From Hyphochytrium catenoides (Eukaryota > Protista > Hyphochytriomycota): DNA of 64,000 nucleotides. The notes below the pieces were generated by a model, which was not told the DNA's origin, made no database searches, and saw only the letters and a program-made list of their open reading frames with translations. Below are positions 11,348 through 25,310 of the stretch, in pieces. Made by a program: the position numbers and the translations under genes. Each line of letters begins with the position of its first letter. Position 1 is the first letter of the stretch. Location of the stretch: assembly GCA_900088475.1 (NCBI GenBank), contig FLMG01000171.1, forward strand, positions 2,608 through 66,607. Direction: 5' to 3'.

Positions 11348-14300
11348 CTACTCATCCCCTCCGTCTTCCGAGTCATCCTCCAGATCGATGTCATTCTGGG
11401 TATCAATGACACGAAAGCCTTCCAGAAACTCCTTGTAAGAAAGTTGACCGTCCTTATTCCTGTCTAGAGCTTTCATCAGCTCCTCGATCTGAACCGACGA
11501 TATGGGGTTGTCAAGCAAGCGATTGATGGTATGCAGCCCTTGCTTGAACTCTTCTATCGACACGGTGCCGCTGTAGAAGGAATAGAGAGGAAAATGACTA
11601 ACTGACAGTATCGCAACGGATGAAATGACCAAAGGGACCTACCTATTATCCACATCGAACATCCTAAAGGCGCTCCGCATGTGAATCCTGTGTTGGAATA
11701 GTACATTCGCCACTTGCTGCAAAATTGAATGCTGCCACGTCGGCTCATCGTTCTCAAGGCTTGCTTCTTCCGTCTTGTCGCGGATCTTGAAAGCATGCAC
11801 GAACTCTGCAACAAGAGGAAACAGAGCGGTCACGGATGCGTGAGGAGAGGAGTGGTCAATGGGCAGATTCTCGAGCAGACAACAAATAGAACAAGGAGGA
11901 AAGTTGGGGTTGGAGGGTGAGAATGAGTAGCAGGAAAGCATTAGCTCTCTTTGCTCACAAAGGCTATCGGATAGAGGACAGCCTTGAAATTTGGCTCACC
12001 TTTGTACTCAATGCATCCATTGTGATCATCATCAATCTGTGCTGCCAAATTCGAGGCTTGCTGCTTGCTGATAGCTGGCTCCATCGACGAGACAGCCGTA
12101 GCAAACTCTTCATAGGACAAGACGCCATCGTTGTTGCTATCATAGTCCTTAAATGCGGCTTCGAGGTCAGCCTATATCACGTATGACCGGGAGAGAGAGA
12201 ATTGTGAGACAAGCCATCTAAGACGAACAGGGCAATCTCGTACAGCCAAGTGAATACAAGCGCTGAGGGACGCGAAGAGCAAGGAGGAAGGGTAACAAAG
12301 ACGTGATGTAGTTGAAATGCTCTGTAGAAGGGCGTTATGAATGACTGCGAAGACACTCCGCATGCTTCTTTGCTCACCGCCGCTCTGAAAATAGCCGCCC
12401 CTATCTTAGACAGTAGCGCTTGCGTCTCCGCATCGAACCGCCGTGAGGGCCTAACTGGCCTCAGCTGCGAGCCAGACCGTTTTCTTGTCTGGACATCGCC
12501 ATCCTCCTCCATTGTTGATGCCTGTACATCACTGAAGATAACCTCAAAGCGACTAGCAAACTCCACAAAGTCCACTTTCCCGTCCTCATTGGTGTCAGCA
12601 CTCCTCATAAGCTCGTAGGTCTGTTTCATTGCGAGTTTGTTGAGAGACAACTCAACAAATCAAGCCAAAACAGGTAAGCTCATCTCAAAGTACCTGTAGG
12701 TCTGAAAGTCCAATGTCTAGCTTTTTCAAAGTATTGATGAACTCATCGTACTGGATGTGCCCATCCTCATCAGTATCAAAAAGCTTGAATGCTTGTTCTA
12801 AATTTCCAGCTCCCAAGGCGGTAAACAGCTTCATACAGATCTTCGTAATGACTGCAGTCTGCCATTCCTCGTTATCCACACTCATCTGGATCTGATAACG
12901 CTCTAAGAACCTGGGAACGACATGAAAACATCATTACAAGGCCACTGCATCGACGGCTGGTCCACGTCGGACCGCATACAATAGGCAATAGGAGGGAGCT
13001 ATGGGAGTTTTCACATCGTCCGCCTCTTCAGCAGTATGAGGTGGCGGTCCAACCAAGATAATGTTTCAGAGCTTTTGCAATAAGCGAAGACCGACCCCGC
13101 AAGGAAACGAAACCGAAAAATGTTGCGGCATTGAGCTGGGAGCTAAAGAGAAGCCTGGTAACAAGACTGCGGAAAACTGTGGCATCTGCTCTTCACAAGA
13201 AAGATTGCTGGGGGTGCACATACCGCGAGTAGTTGATAGTTCCATCCCCTTCCGCCTCAGCAAGCTTTTTTTGATAGAATAAGAATGGGATGTCTAAATG
13301 TAGTACACTTCTCAGCGCTTCGGACCACAGAAGCCGGGTTACCCTGCCACTTCGCGACTTGTCCCTCTGTGTGAAGAACCAGTAAAGAGATGGCTTGTTG
13401 TCCACTATTCGTTCTACTATGAGACGGATGTTGTCTCTCTCTAACTTCTCTGCCTGACGACTCTTCGGAAGAGTCTTTGAGATCCCCGGTGTAGAAGGCA
13501 CTCCAAAGTCCGTCTGCTGAACACTGTGTGCGTAGAATTGCTGGATTTCGGGCTGCAGATCTGCACCTAGAGTAAGAAAGGCGCCCTTGTTCGCTTGGGT
13601 TCCACAGTAGCGCGAAGCAGAGAATAGAGTGATCAGTCTCCCTCCGTGTAGGACCTGCATGCATGCAATGACTATTAGAGCTATGGCAACTTAAGGATCG
13701 AAGAAATAGGTAGAGCCCAAGACTAGAAAAGCAGTCTAGGCATGCGACTGTTTCTCGCTCACAGGCGGACTCACCTCGTAGCCCTCTTGCACGCACTCGT
13801 GAGAGCGAACAATCAACGCGATGCCGTTGACGGCACAGAAGTTATTGGTTACGTCCTGACCAAACTCAACTCCTGCACCTCTTTCTGACGGTTGTCGACC
13901 CTACAGAGTGACGCATAAACTATGTCTTAGCAATTCCGTCGAGACTTTATCTCCATCTCTCTACGACCTCAATGGACCCAGCCTAATCTCTATTCTATTT
14001 AGGGTCTTGACCTCTCGACCCCTCTCCTCCCTTAACTCTCGTGATGTCACCTCTCAGCATGCTTTGCGTATGCATACCATAATAGGCCGAGGGTCGCTCC
14101 ACAGCATGTCCTCAAACACCTGGTCCTCGAAGTCTGGATTGTGAAGCGGAGGTTCGCGTTTGCGGTTGATCGCCTTTAGGTGCGCTAATGTCACGCTATC
14201 CCGCGCAAAGAGGCCTCCGTGTACCACAAAAATCTTCTCTTGTACCACTGCACATAGTGGTAGAGCATCAAAACAGTCCTATGAACAAAGGTTAGCACAC

Positions 14301-16222
14301 GTTTAGGAGAGCTGTCGAGCGGAAAGAATGGAGGTGTGAGCATTTGACAGAGTATCAAGATATAAGGCTTGCGACTGGAAGGTGACAGCCAGTTAAGGCT
14401 CGCAGCAGTGTAGGGCAAACAAAATCTCACGCAATCCCATCGCATGGTTGAAGGAAGTTTTAACGCGCTATGGTCCTTTGCAGTTAGATCAAGACTCAGA
14501 GCCAACTGAAGAGAGCTTCTGTCTCACATGAAAGCATTTCAAGCAGTTGACAGCCCTCTGGGGGTCTCCATACGCTGAGCCATCATACTTGTTCAGGATC
14601 TCATCTTCGAAGCCCATCCAGCTGTTCTGGCTCCGAGATTCGTGGTTGCCTCGGTTGACAAAGACTGAGTTCGGATAGAGTAACATAAAGGCGCAGATCG
14701 TCATATACACCTGCGGCAGGAAGAGATTGAAAACATTTCAGATGAATGGCTGTCTAGCTGTGAGAACGGAATTAGTTAATGACAACAATGCCTGCTGTTA
14801 GAAAGGGCACTCTAAGCACTCTAGTCACACTTTAAAACGGATCTTATCATTCTCAGCATGACATGTACTCCAATATAAGAGTCTGACCTCCGCGCCACTA
14901 TCTCCTCTGTCCACGAAGTCGCCATTGAATAGATATTGATTCTTTTCTGAGGGAAGCCCATTGATTGTAAAGATCGAGAAGAGGTCCTGCGAAGATTAAG
15001 AACAGTTGTAAGTGACTGCCGACTATATCATTGCTGTCTTGGGCGGCCATGCAAGATAACGGAAGTACGACTGAGCAGGAGACGAATGGGTCTTGAAGCT
15101 GCTTGAAGAGTGAAGCGTATCACGTCGAAGTGGCACTACCTGAAGCTGGCCGTGCAGATCGCCCACAATCGTTATCTTCTCATCCTTAGCCACATTGATC
15201 TCTTGAAGGGTGTGCTTCTTGGCCTGCATTTTCTTTACTTTTTCTAAAACCTCTCGCGTATATCTAGAGACACAGAGAGTGGGAATCTGTTGTACGGATT
15301 GCGAAAGTGCACAGCAGCCAGACCACTTACACATAATGGAGTGAGTATCCTTGCTTGAAATGATCTAGCATGTCTAGTACTATCTCCAAAGAGAGAGGGA
15401 ACGATATATGTGGGCCCTTATATTCAGGCTCGATGAAATCCAGATCCGCTGAACCCTGTCTAGAGTCAAGAATCTGGAGAAGGTGTCGATCGTCAGAAAA
15501 GTGCACTGCAGCTGCAGAGAGCAGAGGCGTGGAGGCATATCACCTTTTTGGAGGCAAGTGGAGAAAGCGTCTTCTCCGCATTCTTAAGCTTTAGCCCCCT
15601 TTTGAGCATCAGTTGCTCTTCATGGTTGTCCAAGACATTCCAAGTGTGAGCATTGAGCTCTTGACGGAACTGAGTACGAGGATGACCGTTGCAATGGGTA
15701 TAAGTACCAAGCTAGAACGAGGGTGTGATATAAACCAGCGCTACCTTCTTCTTCGCCAGCAACCTTCTGACCGCTGTCTGTATCCGACAAGCGGAATAAA
15801 CTTTGACATCCCAGGGCTAGGACCGAGAAGGGGATGTGTTTAGCTAAGAACGGTACACTACAGGACCTTAACGGGTCATGAGGTATACGGATAGTCTTAG
15901 CTATGTGGTACCTGTACGAGTGACTGTCGGCAGAAGAGACCCCGCTGTTCTGGACACTGGAAAAGCTGCTTGCCCATGTAGAGCCCATTGCATGTTCCCA
16001 TGGGGCGATCGAGCTCGATTCCTACGTGTGCTCCTTGCTTCTCTTTGCCCGGAAGAATACTTGGACCCCACCGGACCACCTAATAGCCCACCCAACTGCG
16101 ATTAGACACTTCGGGAGAGCTCCGATCAGCGCCTCTCAGTATCTTACCCCTGGAAAACGTGATCTGGCGATGACTTTATCGCCAACGGTAACTGGAGCTT
16201 CCGCCATCTGTACGTCGTCCAT
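11348..16222 (-). CDS. PPEF/rdgC-like Ser/Thr phosphatase (PPP family) with N-terminal CAP-Gly domain, IQ motif and about 8 C-terminal EF-hands
   Basis: GDLHGQ, GDFVDRG, RGNHES, HGG, WSDP, RSHE and FSASRYCG catalytic motifs; IQ-like [13 protein letters not shown]; CAP-Gly-like [14 protein letters not shown]...[10 protein letters not shown]; EF loops such as [26 protein letters not shown] and [13 protein letters not shown]. Confidence 0.9.
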
Positions 16223-18059
16223 ACCTCTACTCAACTAGTGCTTACGTCGCCTCAAGGCTCCGACCACGACACTGAAGTAAGCTAGTGATGTAAGGGAACT
16301 TATTGTCGAGGAGGTGTGGTTCCTCTTTCCAGCGATGGACGAAAGTGGCCCCTCTAGAGAAGATGACGACAGGTTAGTGACGGAGCGGACGACAATGTTA
16401 GTTGACATGTGTCTCCTCATCTCAGACAATAGCAAGGACTCTCTTACCTGTTGCCAGATGACTCCGTTGTAAAGTTTAGGACGCTTAGCAGACTCTGCTA
16501 ATCAAACGTTGAGGGACAACATGAAGCTAACGTTCACTCACGGTGCTTCTATTCCGGGCAGCCGCCCCTGTAATGCCCTCTATGGATGACTCGGTCCCAA
16601 TAACTGATGCCGCTGATTCTCAAGCCGGCACACAAGAGAGAGTAGAGTCCTCATTAGATTCTATCCATCGACCCAAAGAGAGGTGACACGCCATTTCCTT
16701 TGCCACTCTGTCTCTCTCACATGCTGTCTTGAGTCTTCCTACATGCCGCGCTTGGCTTACTGCTGCACTGGTTGAGGGAAGAAAGCGGCTGTTATTATTA
16801 TCTACTACTTAGAACTACCCGCCGTCCCCTTGTGTCCTCTTTCTTCTCAACTGATTCCCCGCAAAGCCAAGAGACAGAGGACAGACAGAGGGATGTAAGA
16901 GGTAGAGAGGTATAACTGATTAGTAGGATGTGAATATGTAACTTGGCGGACAGACAGAGAGGAGACAAAACAAGTGAGAGATATTGGCGGGTGCATAACA
17001 GAAAAGGGAGGAGGGAAAAAGGAAGATGGAAGAAAGAGGACGCTAGCCAGAGACAGAGAAAGACGAGATGCCATTGCCATAGTCAACAGAACGAGTAGAT
17101 GGCAGTCAGAGTCAACTAGAGACAGGGGAATACAGAAGTTATTTAGTCGTACAAGTAGTGTTACAGTAGAAAAGGGCCACAGCTTAATTAATCCTACAAG
17201 TATCTTACTCTAACGGGACTAACCCTGGTATGCAGAGTCTTATAGTTCCATGTGAAAGGGCGTACTACTACGAAGAGTGTGGGAAGGCGGATTCCTAATG
17301 AATCTACTCTGGTTCAGAACACTGCATCCAAAGGTTTGTGTTGTTGTGTGATACTGTAGTCTGATCCTTTCAAGCGTCCGAATCTTTGCGGAAAGAAACG
17401 GGTGTATGAATCAGGAGGAACCAGAATTTCATTATTTCGAAGGCTTCAAAGAAAGTTACCGAAAGCTTCCCGGCGAAGGAGAAGCCAAAGTCCGCCATTG
17501 AGGCATTGTATATGAATAGATTATCTCAAAGGCTCTACTATTTCACAGGAGGGAAAACCGGAGTTGGACATCACTTGCCATTGTTCTCTGGAGATTTGAA
17601 AACCTGAATTGATCTCTAGCGAAGTGTTAGATACAAATAGCTTGTGTGTGACTCTAACTGTGTTTATTGTCTCAGTTAGAGTAAACTCATAGGCATCGCT
17701 GCTCCACACGACAGAGTGGGTTTGGCGCTTACTTGATTGAGGTTCTTGTGAGGAAGCATCTCCCAGCCACAATCTCTGCCGCAGCTTGGATTGCAAGCAC
17801 TTGAGCACGCTCAATCCAAGAGAAACTGCAGATACTTCTTCATTCTTTATCTGACAGAGCTTCTTGCTTGAGCTTCGTCCCGTCACGTTCTATCGCAGTC
17901 GTACCAAGTTACAGAAGGTACACAGAGTCTCACTTAGCTTTCTCTTCATCTCCAATCAACTCTAGTCCCCGGCGGGGCTACGATATCTCGGCAGAATCTT
18001 TTTCTCTCCACGTACTCAAACTCGTCTGTCTGCCTGGCAGAACAAACATCATTGCCAAC

Positions 18060-19890
<1,831 letters not shown>

Positions 19891-20505
19891 GACACTACCC
19901 GACCCAATTGCCATCTAATATTCCTAGCAAAATATATGCATACCCCATCAGGGCCGTCTTATATCTTCTCCTCTATCAGAGATCCCCGGGTGCAGAGTCG
20001 AGGTTCTTCTCAGGTCTATTCTTAGCCGCCCCGTAGGGCAGTGCTTATACAGGAGTCTTAATGCACATCTTCGAACCTTATTATGTCGCATGTAGGCCGA
20101 AAAAAAGCTGAGCTACAATTCATGTGAATAAGCTATCCTATTCCCTCGCATCAACATATTTACCTCCACCATCCCTTCAGCTGAAGGAAGAGGCAGTACC
20201 TCAGAGCTCTCCTATCACAATCATCGTCTTGGCCGTGCAATGTTCACGGCTCAATATAGAAAAAGGCGCTGTGAGCCTGTTGAATACTTAGTCACGGCAT
20301 TATCAGTCAAACAGACTACCACATCTCTCTCTTCCTTACCCTCTTCTGCAGCGTGATCTCTCTATTTCCTTGCTGTCTCTAACTCTGAAGTCTTCATAGC
20401 TCATGACCCACTCGAAAGAGCGGCAGAGCTATTGAGAATGACAAGCTGCAGAACTGCAGACTCCTTGTCTGCAATAACTCTCCATACAAAACACTCCTTT
20501 CTCCT

Positions 20506-22965
20506 ATGTCACACCGTGGACATTGCGAAAGGAAGATCTCCGTTGGTGCCTTCCATGTACAGAAGAAGTTCTATGACCAGCCATCAAACATGTTCGTCGC
20601 GGTTCTTAACCCTAGGCGGTATATTATCGGACAACTGTGTGATCAGCCTTGGCTAGGACATACAGATAGCTCTCAAGGGAGGAGTATTTATGGGTCTCGG
20701 GAGTTCTTCCTATCCAGCCTTGGCTTGGGAAGAGCCAGAGTAGGGGTAGAAGGAGACAGAGGACTGGGTTGATGGTTATTTTGAGGATCACTATCCTGCT
20801 CGAGGTATGAGAAGCTTGCTAGAGAGACGGCGGCAAGAGACAATGAACACCTTTGAGCACAGGCTGGAGAGTTATACAGGGCAAGAGACAGGAAGACAGA
20901 CAGAGTCGAGAGGCCAAGAAGAAGCCGAACAGCGCACAAGGGCAAGAATCCTTGCTGTTGAACCACCATGACTATGCTCTCTTAGACCAATCAGCAGGCA
21001 ATAATAGCACAGGAGACAATGACTTGCACTTGAGGTTCTTCCCAGAGACGGACAGAGCTAACAGAAGGCGATCCGCGAGAAAGAGAAGTACCAGTGTGGA
21101 AGCAAATTTTCAACAACAGAGACCAGTTTGGAGCTTCTCCTTGCTCTGCAGTGGATCCAGAAGCTCTGAAAGCTTGGTGAGGAGAACGAGGCAGATCGAC
21201 ATATGCAACGTTCCGCCAGCAAATAGCCAAAACTGTACTAGGCAACTCGGGCCTGGCTGCCGGCACTTGCCGCAGTCGGTAAGTCACGCCATTGATAGCT
21301 TGTGAAGCAGGTTCGGGAGTTGTCAGAATGGGTAATCGGAGCAGCTTGGGAACTCGTAAGGAATTGATTCCACCTGTGACGAAGAGACCGCTGGAACCGG
21401 TAAGTCAAACACTGAGGATGTATAAGGCCTTGCACTTCCTGATCTTTATTCCAAACTAGATTGAAAAGTACTATACCATCGAGAACAAACCTCTGGGCAA
21501 GTAAGTGCTTCGTAGCTATGTTTTCTATTCCTGGCAGCGAGCCTGAGTGAGTGCTTCGTCCTGGCAGGGGACATTATGCGATCGTTTACCAGGGTCACGA
21601 GAACAAGACAGGAAGGAGGGTAGCCGTAAAACGGATACGCAAGTCGGCAACCGACGAAAAGCGCCTTCGATCTGAGATTAGCATCTTGCGCCAGGTGAGG
21701 CCGACGTTCATGTCCGAGAAAGTGTGATTCAACGACCTGTAATGTCCTAATATTTTTCAGGTGACCAAGCATCAGAACATAGTGGAACTTCTTGACGTGT
21801 TCGAGACTCCAGTGGAGCTCTTTCTTGTGATGGAGTTGTGCACTGGTGGCGAGTTGTTCGAGCGGCTAGCGAACAAAGGGCCATACTCCGAGGCCGACTG
21901 TATAAAGCACATAACGGACTTGACGAGAGCTGTACATTTTCTACACAGGTATGTATGAACATAGATTACATTGGGTCCTGCGCCAGACTGTCCTACACGC
22001 AGCTATGTTTGCTAGAGCGTGAGCGCCTACTGCTACCTCAGAGCCTTCCCTCCTTGTGCTTGTTTCAAGCCCCTTGGGTTGGGTGACCCAACAAACCTAT
22101 TTGTTAACCGAGGTGTATCCTTGACAGGAAAGGTATCGTACATAGAGATCTAAAGCCTGAGAATATTCTTCTTTCAACACCAGACGATGAGACTGCAGTG
22201 CTCAAGGTTGCAGATTTTGGCTTGGCCAAAGTCGTGCACGGCTCCAGCATGAAGACGAAGTGCGGCACCTGGGGATATTCAGGTAAATTGGAGCCGACCG
22301 GAGAACTGTTGCTGCCTTCTGCAGAGGAAATTGAACGGTCCGTTATTTTGTTACCTCAATCAGCTCCTGAGATGATGACAGGAAGTGGTACGACCTTTGG
22401 CTATGATGCGAAAGTTGATGCTTGGAGCGTGGGAACGATTCTCTACATCTTGTGAGTTGATGCAACGAAGTATCCCGTAAATATCTTGCCTGCTGCTGAC
22501 TAGCATCCATCTTGCAGGTTGAGTGGCTATCACCCCTTCGATCCTGACGGCACTAGCTCAAATAACGAGATGATGAAGGCGATCAAGGAGTGCAAATTTG
22601 ACTTTAATGATGAGGTTCATTGGGATCGTGTTTTCGCAGTGCCGTGTCTGACAGATTAGGCTGAGCTTGATGTTTCACAGGCGTGGAGAGGGATCTCTGA
22701 CAACGCAAAGGACCTCGTTCGCAGCCTTCTTGTTCTAGACCCAGAAAGTCGCTACGGCATGGAAGAGATTCTTCAGCACCCGTGGATAAATGTGAGAACT
22801 CCATATTCCAATTTTGTCGGTCAAGTCGTGAACTAGCCTAAGCTTATGTGTTATTGGCTCCTTTAGTCATTGGAGACAGCTTCTAGAGGTCCGTTATCAC
22901 CCCTCATACACAAAGAGCTCGGGCGGTTCTGGAGTTTGTCAAAACTTCGAAATGCAGATCCATGA
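20506..22965 (+). CDS. CAMK-group Ser/Thr protein kinase; kinase domain about 21460-22790, 5' exons and start unresolved
   Basis: [52 protein letters not shown]; stop at 22963-22965. Confidence 0.85.
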
Positions 22966-23937
22966 AATCAGAAGTGAGTCACGTGAGACTGCAGTCTCGA
23001 TACCTAGTGGCTGCAGAACTCGAAGTACTGGCAGCCAACTGTCATCTCAGACAGACCTAACCCATTGTAGAAAGACCTAATCATGATATTATTTATGCGA
23101 TATTGAAGACACGCGTAGACTACTAACTCCTTCAAGCACTCAGAAGGGCACCATTCTGCCCCTCTTCTCTTCCATCTGAGCTTGTCGCTCTTCCATCTGT
23201 TTGAAGCTTCTCGCTCTGTTCTCTCCAGTCACCAGAGCAGAGCATTCCCATCTCAGCAGGATGACCGGACTTCCTGTGCTTCACCTCAATGATTTGGCCC
23301 GCCAAAGACAAGGTTTCACGAATCATTCATGAAACAATCATCGGAAAGGATAGCTTACACTATACAAAATCCCTCCATGCAACCTTTCGTCTTATGGACC
23401 TCGGAAACCTTGCCCGTCCGTTTCAGAAGTGATGCTGCTGTGTGAGGTCTGAGGTCTGATGGCCATCGGCGTACCTTCCCTTCCCTTCCTCTGCCGCCTT
23501 TCTCAGCTCTCAAGGTTCAAACTGTTCGTCTCTTCTCTTCGTCGTCTCCCTATCGCTGCTTCTCCATTCTTACCTATAGGCTGCTTCGTGCTCCTCTCGC
23601 GCTTTGTTAATCCATTCCGGCTTCCGGTAGGCGTCTATGTCTCTGACTCTACGGTGCTCTCTCCCTCCCTTATCCTCCAGCTTCTTTCTTCCTTGCTTCT
23701 TGTCATCCTCCTTCCTTTCACCCCGAGCTTATCCTTCACCTCCTCGGGAGAATATTGAGCTGTAAGCTAGCAGAAAACGAGCGCCAAGCGATTAGTCTGC
23801 CTGCCACTGCATCACCATCTGGGGAGCAACAGCGCCGTCATCATCAGCTCAAAGTCTGACCCCGAGACGCGGACTGAGATGATCTGAAGAAACAACCGTC
23901 TCGTTACTGCCCAGAAGGCCCTGGGCAGAAGTGAAAT

Positions 23938-25149
23938 ATGTCTTCGACAAAGCTGAGTTTAAAGGAACAGCGGGAAAGGTTGATCGATACTCCTGCAGCA
24001 TCACCTTTTCCATCATTCTAACTGATGTTTGCAGGGAAAAGCTGAAGAAACTAGAAGAAGGCTTTACGTCAAACGTGAAAAATGAGAAGCGGAAAGAATA
24101 TAACGCTTTGCATGATCCAAACATGCGCCACTTTTTTGAGAACCGGAGGCTTCAGATGCATTTATATAGAGCAGGCATGGTAGGTGTGACGTGTCTCTCT
24201 CTCTCTTGAGCGAGGGGTACTCTACTGGCCACCCTTTTACATTTTGTCTCTTCACTAGATTGATAGGCAAGGCCGCGTTATAGATTATGAGAAAAATAAG
24301 TCGAAGATCGCCATTATTGAGCAGGAGTTCAGAATGGCTGAGAAAGCAGAGGCCCTGCGCCGAAAGGAAGAGGAAGAGATGCGGGTGCGTCCTTCTAGGT
24401 TTGGTTCCATACACCTTTTCTTCTCGTTCTCTCTGACCCAAAGCTATCGCAGAGACGAGTGCAAATACAAAGACAGGAAGCGCTTGAGAATGCTCGTCGC
24501 ATGGAAAGGCTGCAGAAAATTAAAGAGGACCAACGGATTCGAAGAGAGATCATCCAAGCCACACGGGAGTCGCAGTGCGGAAGCCTTGAAGGGCCCAGCA
24601 GCATCCCGAAGTCAAGGACACCCAAGAATAAGGCACGTTACATTTGCGCCAGAGCTCCAGCAAACAGCAATTCTTCCGCCTCCAATCACCTTTCTAGTTA
24701 GTCTCCTCGCTCGCGATGTATGGATTCTCTTCTACTACATGGGTTGGTTCCTCCTCTACAATCGCTGCTCTTCCTTGTTCTCACCTTATTCTTACATGCA
24801 GTCACGGCCACTAGCACAGCAAGGAGAAAGTTTCTTTTTGACAGAAGCACCAATGGGAACAGAAGAAGAGGATAATCGAGGTTAGCCCGCTCACTTGAGC
24901 CCATGATAAGTTTAGCGAGCGGAGAGTGGGTCTTCTGTCTGCTTCTTGTTACCGTCCTTGTGCTAACGACTCACTTACCATGTCTCTGTCGTTCTCTATC
25001 TAGATTACTATGAAGAGGATTTAGCAACACCATCCAAGTCGAACAATGCCAGGCCTGAGACAGGGGATTCATATGCCAGTGACTTCACACACGGTTCTAA
25101 CAATGATGCTCTTGACAATTTCGTGGAGCAGAGAAGAGTTGAAGGATAG
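23938..25149 (+). CDS. Coiled-coil protein with ERICH3-N-like motif (probable ciliary protein); includes a predicted GC-AG intron
   Basis: Exons join as MSSTKLSLKEQREREKL...YNALHDPNMRHFFENRRLQMHLYRAGMIDRQGRVIDYEKNKSK..., then an E/R/Q-rich helix, FFLTE, and a stop at 25147-25149. Confidence 0.7.
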
Positions 25150-25310
25150 GAAAATGCCGCTTTTTCAGAACTTGATCTCTCTGTGGAATACGCTCGCTCT
25201 TTATCACTCCCTTGGCGCACGGCGCCATCTATTCTATTCTATAGTACTAATAGCGTAACAGTGCTCCCATAGCCACTGAAATTGTGCAATGTGAGAATCA
25301 CCGGTAAGCT

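Noticed and set aside
22115-22127. gtatccttgacag resembling U12-type intron signals
   Set aside because: It sits at the 3' end of an intron whose donor is a normal U2-type GTATGT; no U12 donor was found.
23459-23758. Hydrophobic + strand ORF and its charged antisense frames
   Set aside because: CT-rich low-complexity sequence; no coherent exon chain or motif.
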